Positions 30,816-39,144 of a stretch of DNA of 64,000 bases are shown piece after piece. Each line of letters opens with the position of its first letter. The stretch's first letter is position 1. The notes under the pieces are model-generated. The model did not search any database, was not told where the DNA came from, and worked only from the letters and a program-made list of their open reading frames with translations. Both the position numbers and the translations under genes were made by a program. The stretch comes from Longimicrobiales bacterium (GTDB taxonomy: Bacteria > Gemmatimonadota > Gemmatimonadetes > Longimicrobiales > Gaopeijiaceae), in contig CBDBCF010000002.1 in NCBI GenBank assembly GCA_965202985.1, forward strand, positions 384,001-448,000, given 5' to 3'.

Positions 30816-31247
30816 GTGGAACCCATCGCCAAGAAGACGTACTACTCGATCGGAGAGGTGAGCGAGCTGACCGGACTCAAGGCCCACGTGCTGCGCTACT
30901 GGGAGACCCAGTTCGCCATGATTTCGCCCACCAAGAACCGGGGCGGCACGCGCGTCTACCAAGCCGGGGAGATCGAGACGATCCTTCTGGTCAAGCACCT
31001 GCTGTACGAGAAGCGCTTCACGATCGAGGGGGCCAAGCAGAAGCTCAAGGAGATGCGGCAGGACGGAACCGTGGAGCAAGAACAGAAGATGAACGCCGAG
31101 CCCGCCGTCCTGGCGTCGATCAAGGAGGGGCTGGCGGCGGTCCAGAACGTGCTGACGTTGCCCGACGCCTCGGTCGCGCCGGCGCGGCACGCAACCCCTG
31201 GAGCATCCGGGACGGCTGGCACGTCGTCCGGGACGCCCGCGAGCTGA
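30816..31247 (+). CDS. MerR-family transcriptional regulator
   Basis: YYSIGEVSELTGLKAHVLRYWE winged helix. Confidence 0.9.
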   Translation: MEPIAKKTYYSIGEVSELTGLKAHVLRYWETQFAMISPTKNRGGTRVYQAGEIETILLVKHLLYEKRFTIEGAKQKLKEMRQDGTVEQEQKMNAEPAVLASIKEGLAAVQNVLTLPDASVAPARHATPGASGTAGTSSGTPAS

Positions 31248-31259
31248 GAGGGACCGCGC

Positions 31260-32006
31260 GTGCGCATTCTCTGCACCAACGACGACGGCTATCTGTCGCC
31301 CGGAATTCGCGTGCTGGCCGAGGCCGCCCACGAGATCGGCTCGGTGGACGTGGTGGCCCCCGACCGAGAGCACAGCGGCTCCAGCAACGCCCTCACGCTC
31401 CACAACCCGCTTCGGACGCGACGCGCGCCCGACGGCGCCACGATCGTCGAAGGCACGCCGACCGACTGCGTGATCCTGGCGGTGAACGAGCTGCTGGACG
31501 GCAGGCCCGACCTTTGCGTGTCGGGGATCAACTTCGGCGGCAACCTGGGCGAAGACGTCTTCTACTCGGGCACGGTGGCGGCGGCGATCGAGGCCACGAT
31601 CGTGGGGATCCCCGCCGTGGCGTTCTCGCACGTGGGCCGGGTCCCCGAGGAGATGGAAGGCTGGCAGCCCGTGGCGGCTCGGCTGCTGGACCAGATCGTG
31701 GCCAAGGGCGTTCCCGAGCGCGAAGTGCTGAACGTGAACCTGCCCGCCTGCCCGCCGTCCGAGGTCAAGGGGGTGCGAGTGACCACGCTGGGACGCCGGG
31801 TGTACGCCGATTCCGTTCAGCGGCAGAAGGACCGCTGGGGCCGACCGTACTACTGGATCGGCGGCGGCGTCGCGCAGTGGAACGGAGGGCCGGACTCCGA
31901 CTACCGGGCCGTGGAGGATGGCTACGTGTCGGTGACGCCGCTCCATGTGGACCTGACCAGCCATCGACAGTTGGACGAGGTGCGGGGCTGGGACTTGCGG
32001 CTGTGA
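31260..32006 (+). CDS. surE: 5'/3'-nucleotidase SurE
   Basis: MRILCTNDDG, GTPTDCV, SGINFGGNLG, YSGTVAAA, VSVTPL. Confidence 0.97.
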   Translation: MRILCTNDDGYLSPGIRVLAEAAHEIGSVDVVAPDREHSGSSNALTLHNPLRTRRAPDGATIVEGTPTDCVILAVNELLDGRPDLCVSGINFGGNLGEDVFYSGTVAAAIEATIVGIPAVAFSHVGRVPEEMEGWQPVAARLLDQIVAKGVPEREVLNVNLPACPPSEVKGVRVTTLGRRVYADSVQRQKDRWGRPYYWIGGGVAQWNGGPDSDYRAVEDGYVSVTPLHVDLTSHRQLDEVRGWDLRL

Positions 32007-32058
32007 GATCGAGCCCGCGTCGGCAGGGCGCGGTTGCGGTTGCCCCCTGCGTCCGCCG

Positions 32059-33348
32059 ATGAAGCACTGGGTCGGGAACGCCCTTAGGGGCGCGTGCATG
32101 GGGTTGTCGGACGCGGTCCCGGGGGTCTCCGGGGGCACGATGGCCCTGGTCCTGGGTATCTATGCTCGGTTGGTGGACGCCGTGAGCGGGCTGAGTCCCG
32201 CGCTGCTGCGGAGCTGCGCCGGGCGCGCGTTCTGGCGGCGCGTGGGCCAAGGCCTTCGCGACCCGGGCGGGTTGCCGGCACCGGGCGCGCCAGCTGGCGA
32301 CGATCGGTCGGGGACCGACGCCGGACACGTGCTGCTGCTGGGGTCGGTGGCGGCAGGGCTGTTGCCGGCGCTGGTGATCGGGAGCGCGACGCTGCCTACG
32401 CTGTTGAGCCGATACCCGGCCCCGATGCGCGGGCTGTTCCTGGGGCTCGTGCTGGCGTCGGTGACGATCCCGGTGCGGCAGGTGGGCCGGTGGCGTCCGG
32501 CGCTGTGGGTCTTGGCGGGCGCGGCGGCGCTGACCACCGCGTGGTTCGTGGGCCTGCCCGAGCGAACGACCGGTCGAGCTCGGGGCGAGGTGGTTCTGCA
32601 CCTTGTCCAACCGACGGCGACGGACGTGGTGCTGACGCCGCGCAACTTGGCGCTGGTCGCCGGCGCCGGCGGATCGGAGGACGTCGTCTACGCGCCAGCG
32701 GCTTCGTTGACGGTTCCGGCAGGGGTCGCGGAGGTCCGCGTGGAAGTGGTGGCCGGGATGGCCGGGACGGCCGGGAACGCGCCGGCGGGCGTCGTCGAGA
32801 GCGTGGCGCGCAGCCCCGTGCCGACCGCGTCCGCGTCGCAGCCCCGGGCTTTGTCCGGCGGGCGCGACCCCAGCTTGGCGTTCGTGTTCGCGGCAGGGGT
32901 CCTGGCGATCTCGGCGATGACGCTGCCGGGCGTGTCGGGCGCGTTCGTGCTCCTGCTCTTCGGCCTGTACCACTTCGTGACGCACGCCCTGAAGTCCACG
33001 CTCTCGCGGGGCGACCCCGAGTCGGCGCTGGTGGTGGCCACGATGGTGGCGGCTATGGGGGTGGGGCTGCTGACGTTCGCCCGCGTGCTGCGGTGGCTGT
33101 TCGCCCGGTGGCGAGCGGGAACCCTTGCGATCCTGGCGGGCCTCATGGCGGGCTCGCTGCGCAAGCTTTGGCCGTTCGTGGAGCACGCGCCCGATGGCCG
33201 CGAACTCTTGGCGTGGCCGGCTGCGGGCGATCCCGGCGTGGCCGCCACGGCCGTCCTGTTCCTGGCGGGCGCAACCGCCGTGCTGGCGATGGAGGCGACG
33301 GGCCGGAAGCGCCGAGCCGACCACGCCCCGCAGGACGTCCCGCCCTGA
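32059..33348 (+). CDS. DUF368 membrane protein (undecaprenyl-phosphate translocase family) with an inserted beta-domain
   Basis: Two signature repeats (PGVSGGTMAL and LPGVSGA), GLMAGSLRKLWPF. Extra ~97-aa soluble insert. Confidence 0.88.
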   Translation: MKHWVGNALRGACMGLSDAVPGVSGGTMALVLGIYARLVDAVSGLSPALLRSCAGRAFWRRVGQGLRDPGGLPAPGAPAGDDRSGTDAGHVLLLGSVAAGLLPALVIGSATLPTLLSRYPAPMRGLFLGLVLASVTIPVRQVGRWRPALWVLAGAAALTTAWFVGLPERTTGRARGEVVLHLVQPTATDVVLTPRNLALVAGAGGSEDVVYAPAASLTVPAGVAEVRVEVVAGMAGTAGNAPAGVVESVARSPVPTASASQPRALSGGRDPSLAFVFAAGVLAISAMTLPGVSGAFVLLLFGLYHFVTHALKSTLSRGDPESALVVATMVAAMGVGLLTFARVLRWLFARWRAGTLAILAGLMAGSLRKLWPFVEHAPDGRELLAWPAAGDPGVAATAVLFLAGATAVLAMEATGRKRRADHAPQDVPP

Positions 33349-33352
33349 CCAG

Positions 33353-33426
<74 letters not shown>

Positions 33427-33472
33427 GATGTTCGTCGAATGGTCCCAACGATGGCCTGTCCATGCCCCAGCT

Positions 33473-34171
33473 TCAAGGGCTGGGCAAGGAGAACAGCCTT
33501 CTGACCCATGCCACGAGATTGTCTGCTTGCGGCACGCCGGAGTCGAGGTACTGCTTCTTGATCGCGAGGCCCATCGGCGTCCCGGGATCTCTTTGCCAAG
33601 CCAGCCAAGTATGGAGTTCGGCCTTGGACCGCTTCTCATTCTTGAACCTTGCTGGGGACGGAATCGAACCCACGCTCGATTTGACGTGCTCGTACAGCTT
33701 GTGCGAGTCGCCTTTCTTCGGCACCAAGAACTTCAGGAAATCCTCGATTTCTCCTTCCGATCGGTTGTCCGGCATCATCCAGACGCCGACGCGCGGCAGG
33801 AGCGTCCCGTCCGGCGGCGAAACGATCGTGCCTTCCTTGCAGGGCCTCTCGGGAAGGACGTACGAATCGACCCCGCGAATCCGATCAACGATCTCCTTCC
33901 ACCTCTTGCCAGTGTCGGCGTTGGCGTCGACCACGACGCCGATCACGACATCCTTTCCATTGGCATCGCGAATCATCGTTGGCAGCACCTGCTTGAGAAG
34001 TTCGGAGATGCCGCCTGCCTGCTTGATGGTGATGTCGAATTCTTGTTCATCCGAATCACGCTGGCTCGGGTCGTTCGGGTCGTGAACACGGACACAGTGC
34101 CGGTCGAGCAGGTGCATGAGCACGTGCAGGTCGCTCGTGCCCTCGACCAGCAAGGTGCCTCCGCTGGCCAT
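33473..34171 (-). CDS. DUF3226-like TOPRIM-fold protein (putative nuclease)
   Basis: LLVEGTSD, GVVVDANAD, WMMPDN..GEIEDFL, KAELHTWLAWQRDPG. Confidence 0.78.
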   Translation of the reverse strand: MASGGTLLVEGTSDLHVLMHLLDRHCVRVHDPNDPSQRDSDEQEFDITIKQAGGISELLKQVLPTMIRDANGKDVVIGVVVDANADTGKRWKEIVDRIRGVDSYVLPERPCKEGTIVSPPDGTLLPRVGVWMMPDNRSEGEIEDFLKFLVPKKGDSHKLYEHVKSSVGSIPSPARFKNEKRSKAELHTWLAWQRDPGTPMGLAIKKQYLDSGVPQADNLVAWVRRLFSLPSP

Positions 34172-34176
34172 GGCAG

Positions 34177-35268
34177 TCAGCGCAGCTCGATGTCGTGGCG
34201 CGTAGCGGCCGCCAAGTCGTCGTACTGGAAGACCGTCGGAATCACGCGCCCTTCGTAACGCGACAGCCGCACCAGCGTCCCGTCGTCTTGCTCCTCCGAG
34301 ATCGCCTGCCGAAACGCCCTAACCGCGTCCCAGCTGTGAGTCGTTGCGAATACCTGCACGTCCAAGTCTCGCGACAGCTGCATCAGGACCTTCCAGATGT
34401 CCCTTTGCACGGTGTGGTGAAGTCCGTTGTCGACCTCGTCGATCAGGAACAGGCCATCCCGTGCGTTGATTAGACCGAGGGCCACGGCAAAGGTGCGGTT
34501 CATCCCCTCGCCCAGGGACCGCAACGGCACGGGTCGAGAAACGCCCTCGACACGAGCGATTGGCGTTCTTGACTCAGCCGAACCGCTGCCACCGGCCATC
34601 GCCACCGCGCGAACGCGCGAGTCGACCATACGCAAGGCTTTCACGACATGCTGCTCGTACTCGGTCAGAACAACATTGTCCCAAAGCGAGCCAACCCCTC
34701 CCGGGAGGCACGGACCGACCGAGATGCAGTTCAGCGTGCCTTGGCCACGAAGCCACGTCTCGCGAACTGTGCTGGGAGATCGAACGTACTCGGCGATCTT
34801 CGCCAAGGGCAGAAACTGGTGATTGGAAACTAGCCCTTCCTCGTGTCGGTCGGGAAAGTCCACGAAGAGGGCCGAGACACCCTTCATCGTTGCGACGTTC
34901 AGATTATCATAGGTGCCGTCGTAGTCGAAGTAGCCCGCACGAACTCGCAAGAAGTCGCCCGGCCTTCGGCCTACCGCGGAGATTTGGATTTCGGCCGGGT
35001 GATCAAGCCTTGGGAATCCGTGAAACAACGACGAGATGCCGAGGAAATCCGGCGAACGGCCTGGGACGTCCTTGTCTTCGTCCCGAGACGCGACGATGTC
35101 GCATACGATGTCGGGGGCGGCGTTGAAGGCGTAAAGCCGCAACGCCTCCAAGAGCGACGACTTCCCGGTGTTGTTCTTGCCCGCAATCAGCGTTGCCCGA
35201 CGGAGCGGCGTGACCGACAGCTCTTCCAGGGCGCGGTATCCGCTGATCGTGAAGCTGGATATGTGCAG
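34177..35268 (-). CDS. ABC-superfamily ATPase (AAA_15/AAA_21 type)
   Basis: Walker A GKNNTGKS, signature SLGEG, Walker B/D-loop LIDEVDNGLH, H-loop ATTHS. Start uncertain: CTG 35268 after GGAG, or GTG 35295. Confidence 0.88.
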   Translation of the reverse strand: MHISSFTISGYRALEELSVTPLRRATLIAGKNNTGKSSLLEALRLYAFNAAPDIVCDIVASRDEDKDVPGRSPDFLGISSLFHGFPRLDHPAEIQISAVGRRPGDFLRVRAGYFDYDGTYDNLNVATMKGVSALFVDFPDRHEEGLVSNHQFLPLAKIAEYVRSPSTVRETWLRGQGTLNCISVGPCLPGGVGSLWDNVVLTEYEQHVVKALRMVDSRVRAVAMAGGSGSAESRTPIARVEGVSRPVPLRSLGEGMNRTFAVALGLINARDGLFLIDEVDNGLHHTVQRDIWKVLMQLSRDLDVQVFATTHSWDAVRAFRQAISEEQDDGTLVRLSRYEGRVIPTVFQYDDLAAATRHDIELR

Positions 35269-35487
35269 TTCCGACTCCGTGGATGCGGGGATCACCGGTA
35301 AGCTACTTCTTGGGGAGGCGGGGAGCAACGAAGGCCGAACCGTGCGATTCGCGGAAGTGGTGGACGCGCCTCTTGCGGGGGGCGACCAGCCGACCGCAGC
35401 GATGAAGCCGCCCACGGGGCTTGCTCGTACTGTCGGCAGGCGGCAGATTCAGGGCGGCAGATTCGGGGCAACGCGGAAAGGGTGGAG

Positions 35488-36111
35488 ATGAGCGACAGCG
35501 AGCACGGCCGGGGGCGGCGCGGGGGAGCGATGCCGGTCAACGTGACGGTGAACCTGCCGGCGGGGGCGCAGGTCGCTGCGGCCGATCCCGACGAGCAGCC
35601 TTATTCGGCCGGGCTGAGCTACGGGCTGTGGTGCGCGGGCTTGGTCGGGGCGTGCGGCATTCACCGCTTCTACGTGGGGAAGGTCGGGACCGGCGTCCTG
35701 TATCTGCTGACCTTCGGGCTGGCGGGGATCGGCCAGCTCGTGGACCTCTTCAGGATGAAGTCGCTGGTGCGCGACGCCAACATTCGCGAGGGTCGCATCC
35801 CTCATCCCCTGCAGGCGGCCCGCGCCGCAAGGATCGGCAAGGCCGGCGCCAAGCAGGATTCGCCGACGACGTTGCCGCAACGGCTGCTCCAAGCCGCCAT
35901 GGAAAACGGCGGCGAACTCACGGTGACCCAGGGCGTAATGGCCACGGGGCTCACCTTCGAAGAGATCGAGAAGACCTTGGGCGCCATGGCCGACAAGGGG
36001 TACGTGGACGTGGACAACGCGCCGGGGTCGGGCGTCGTCGTGTACCGTTTTCCCGAGCTTGCGGGCCGGCGCGCGCTGAACCGTCCCGCCGGGCGGATCG
36101 GCGGCGAATGA
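35488..36111 (+). CDS. TM2/NINE-domain membrane protein with C-terminal winged-helix-like domain
   Basis: GIHRFYVGKVGTGVLYLLTFGLAGIGQLVD. C-terminal GGELTVTQGVMATGL...VVYRFPEL. Confidence 0.82.
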   Translation: MSDSEHGRGRRGGAMPVNVTVNLPAGAQVAAADPDEQPYSAGLSYGLWCAGLVGACGIHRFYVGKVGTGVLYLLTFGLAGIGQLVDLFRMKSLVRDANIREGRIPHPLQAARAARIGKAGAKQDSPTTLPQRLLQAAMENGGELTVTQGVMATGLTFEEIEKTLGAMADKGYVDVDNAPGSGVVVYRFPELAGRRALNRPAGRIGGE

Positions 36112-36145
36112 CCCGCAGCGGGCAGACCATCAAGGAGCACACCGC

Positions 36146-38059
36146 ATGTTGACATCTCCTCTCCTCGCGGCGGTCGCCGCGCTCCAAGCGGCGCCGGCCC
36201 AGCAGGTCGTCCCCGCGCGCGTTGATCTGGAACCGGCTCGGATCGCCCTCGAAGCGGGCGAATCGGCCGTAGTCGAGGCCGCGGTCTTCGGGGTCGGGGG
36301 CTCGGTCTTGGACGGCATAGCCGTGACGTGGCTCGCGCTGGCGCCCGAGGTCGCCCAGGTGGACCAGAGCGGGCGGGTGACCGCCGTGTCGCCGGGAGAG
36401 GCCCGAGTGGCGGCTCGCGCCGGCAACGCCATGGGGTTCGCCACGGTCGTGGTCCGCGCGCTTCCGGTCGCCGACGTGTCCGCGACCCTGCCTTCGGCGA
36501 CGCTGGTGGCGGGAACGAGCGCGCCTCTCCAGGTGCACGCGACGGACGACGCGGGAGAAGCCGTTCGCGCGCCGAGCTTGGCCTTCGCGTCCAGCGACCC
36601 CGGAGTGGCCCAGGTGGACGCGACGGGTCGCGTGTTCGCGCGGACGCCGGGCCGGGCGGAGATCGCCGTGGACGCCGGCGGGGCGCGAAGCGTCGTGCAG
36701 GTCGAGGTGCGGGACGGGTTGCTGGACGGCCTCCGGGTCGTTCCCGAGGGGGCGGAGGTCCGCACGGGAGACGTGGTTCGCTTCGAGGCCAAGGTGCAGG
36801 ACGCGGCTGGGACGGCCTTGCATCCGGCGTGGAGCGTGGACGGGGCCGGGGCGCAAATCGAGTCCGACGGCGGGCAGGGCGTCTTCGTGGCGGAGGCGCC
36901 GGGCACCTACCGCGTCACGGCGCTTGTGGGCGAAGGACTGGCGGCCAGCGCGCTGGTGGCCGTGTCGGCGCGCATCGACGAGGCCGAGCTGGTCAAGGTG
37001 GGCCGCGGAGCCGCCGCCGACCATCATTCGGGCGACACGTGGGTGTTCGAGGGCGTGGACGGCCGGGACTACGCCTACGTGGGCACGTTCATGTACGACT
37101 GGATGAAGGCGTGGGACGTGACCGACCCGGCGTCGCCCGTCCTGACCGATTCCGTGCAGCTGGACGCCCGTCGGATCAACGACGTGAAGATCCACGCCGG
37201 CAACCGGATCGGCATCCTGACCCGCGAAGGCGCCTCGGACCGTCGGAACGGCATCGTGATCCTGGACTTGGCGGACCCGGCCCACCCGACCGTGATCTCC
37301 GAGTACAAGCGGACCGTGCCCGGCGGCGTGCACAACGTCTGGATCGAGGGCGACCTGGTCTACGCCGTCCACAACGGCACCAGCGACATCCACATCATCG
37401 ACATCTCGGATCCCGCCGCGCCGGACGAGGTGGGCCGCTGGGGGATGCCCGAATCGCCCACCAAGTCGCTCCACGACGTGATCGTCCAAGACGGCTACGC
37501 CTATCTGTCGTACTGGGACGACGGCGCCGTCATGCTGGACGTGGGGGCGGGCACGCACGGCGGCACCCCCACCGCGCCCGCGTTCGTGTCGCGCTATAAG
37601 TATCCCGCCGGGAACACGCACACCGCTTGGCGAGCGGGCCGCTACCTGTTCGTGGGCGACGAGATCTTTCCCCAGCAGTGGGACGCGGACGCCCCGATCG
37701 AGGCTCGAGGGTACGTCCACGTGCTGGACATGGCCGACCCCGAGAACCCGGTGGAAGTGGCGCGCTACGAGGTGCCCGAGGCCGGCGCCCACAACATCTG
37801 GGTCGAGGGCGACCGCCTGTACGTGGGCTACTACCAGGCCGGACTGCGGGTAGTGGACATCTCCGGCGAGCTGCGGGGCGATCTCTACCGACAGGGCCGC
37901 GAGATCGCCGTGCTCAAGACCACCGACGCCGAGTCCACGGTGCCCAACTGGGGGATGACCTGGGGCGCCCAGATCCACAAGGGACACGTCTTCACGTCGG
38001 ACCTGAACTCGGGCTTGTGGGTGGTCAAGCTGGTGGAGGGCCGGCGGATCGTTTCCTGA
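36146..38059 (+). CDS. Secreted Ig-like (Big_2) + LVIVD-repeat protein
   Basis: AAGGAG RBS, signal peptide, VAQVD..GRV Ig repeats, repeated IVILDLADP / HIIDISDP / HVLDMADP / RVVDIS blades. Confidence 0.85.
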   Translation: MLTSPLLAAVAALQAAPAQQVVPARVDLEPARIALEAGESAVVEAAVFGVGGSVLDGIAVTWLALAPEVAQVDQSGRVTAVSPGEARVAARAGNAMGFATVVVRALPVADVSATLPSATLVAGTSAPLQVHATDDAGEAVRAPSLAFASSDPGVAQVDATGRVFARTPGRAEIAVDAGGARSVVQVEVRDGLLDGLRVVPEGAEVRTGDVVRFEAKVQDAAGTALHPAWSVDGAGAQIESDGGQGVFVAEAPGTYRVTALVGEGLAASALVAVSARIDEAELVKVGRGAAADHHSGDTWVFEGVDGRDYAYVGTFMYDWMKAWDVTDPASPVLTDSVQLDARRINDVKIHAGNRIGILTREGASDRRNGIVILDLADPAHPTVISEYKRTVPGGVHNVWIEGDLVYAVHNGTSDIHIIDISDPAAPDEVGRWGMPESPTKSLHDVIVQDGYAYLSYWDDGAVMLDVGAGTHGGTPTAPAFVSRYKYPAGNTHTAWRAGRYLFVGDEIFPQQWDADAPIEARGYVHVLDMADPENPVEVARYEVPEAGAHNIWVEGDRLYVGYYQAGLRVVDISGELRGDLYRQGREIAVLKTTDAESTVPNWGMTWGAQIHKGHVFTSDLNSGLWVVKLVEGRRIVS

Positions 38060-39144
38060 CCGGCGAGGCGGGCGGAAGCGCTCGGTTCGACTTTGCCGGA
38101 GCGCGGCGCCGGATTCGGCCGTTGGCATGGAAGACGCCGGTCGTGCCGCTCGCGACGGAAGCAACGCCGGGCGAAGCCGTCTTCCTCAAGTTGGAATCCC
38201 TTCAGCGCTCGGGGTCGTTCAAGATGCGCGGGGCCGCGAACCGGCTGACCAAGTTGCTGACCGATTCCGGTCGGCCGTCGGCGGGAGCGGCACGGGTCAA
38301 CGGTGCGGGGCAGGTTACCGGCTCCGGCTCGGAGGCGTCGAGCGGTGCGCCTGGGGGCGTCGTGGCGGTGTCGTCGGGGAACCACGGTCGGGCCGTGGCG
38401 GAAGCCGGACGGCGGCTGGGGGTGCCGGTCACGGTGTGCGTTCCCGAGTGGACCGACCCGTCCAAGCTGCGGGCCATACGGGGCGCAGGCGCGCGGGCTG
38501 TGGTGGCGGGGCCGTCGTACGACCATGCCGAGCGGGAAGCGGCCCGCCTGGAGGCCGAAGAAGGGCTGACGATGGTGCACCCCTTTGACGAGCCGGACGT
38601 GATCGAAGGGCAGGGGACGCTGGGTTTGGAGATTGCGGAGCAGGTTCCCGGCGTGCAAGAGGTGATCGTGCCGCTGTCGGGCGGGGGACTGGTGGCGGGG
38701 GTGGCGTTGGCGTTGCGATCGCATGCGCCGGGCGTTCGCGTCGTCGCGGTTTCCGCCGAGCGGGCGGCGGTCATGCACCGGAGCTTGTTGGCGGGCCGGC
38801 CCGTCGAGGTCCCGGACGAAGAGACGCTTGCGTCGGCCTTGTCCGGCGGCATCGGGCTGGACAACCGGTTCACCTTCGAGATCGTGCGGAACGCGACCTC
38901 CGAACACGTAATCGTTTCGGAGGAGGCGGTGCGTGCCGCGGTCGCCCGCGCCTTTTGCGAACTGCGGCTGGTCGTGGAAGGGGGCGGGGCCGTGGGATTG
39001 GCGGCGCTGTGGTCGGGCGCCTATCGGCCTCGCGGCACGGCCGTGGTCGTCGTTTCGGGCGGCAACATCGACCCGCCCGCGCTGGCCCACGTCCTCGCTA
39101 TCGAAGCCGAGCCACCAGCACCCGGAGGGCGCCTGTCCCGCTGA
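38056..39144 (+). CDS. PLP-dependent threonine/serine dehydratase family, EutB-like
   Basis: LKLESLQRSGSFKMRGA, SSGNHG, PLSGGGL, SGGIGLDNRFTF, SGGNID. Start uncertain. Confidence 0.85.
   Translation: MTGEAGGSARFDFAGARRRIRPLAWKTPVVPLATEATPGEAVFLKLESLQRSGSFKMRGAANRLTKLLTDSGRPSAGAARVNGAGQVTGSGSEASSGAPGGVVAVSSGNHGRAVAEAGRRLGVPVTVCVPEWTDPSKLRAIRGAGARAVVAGPSYDHAEREAARLEAEEGLTMVHPFDEPDVIEGQGTLGLEIAEQVPGVQEVIVPLSGGGLVAGVALALRSHAPGVRVVAVSAERAAVMHRSLLAGRPVEVPDEETLASALSGGIGLDNRFTFEIVRNATSEHVIVSEEAVRAAVARAFCELRLVVEGGGAVGLAALWSGAYRPRGTAVVVVSGGNIDPPALAHVLAIEAEPPAPGGRLSR

Noticed and set aside
22..31000. Many long antisense or alternate-frame ORFs (e.g. 5034-7568 -, 7517-10300 -, 23874-26510 +)
   Set aside because: Shadow ORFs expected in high-GC DNA. 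They overlap well-supported genes, are R/P/G-rich and show no motifs.
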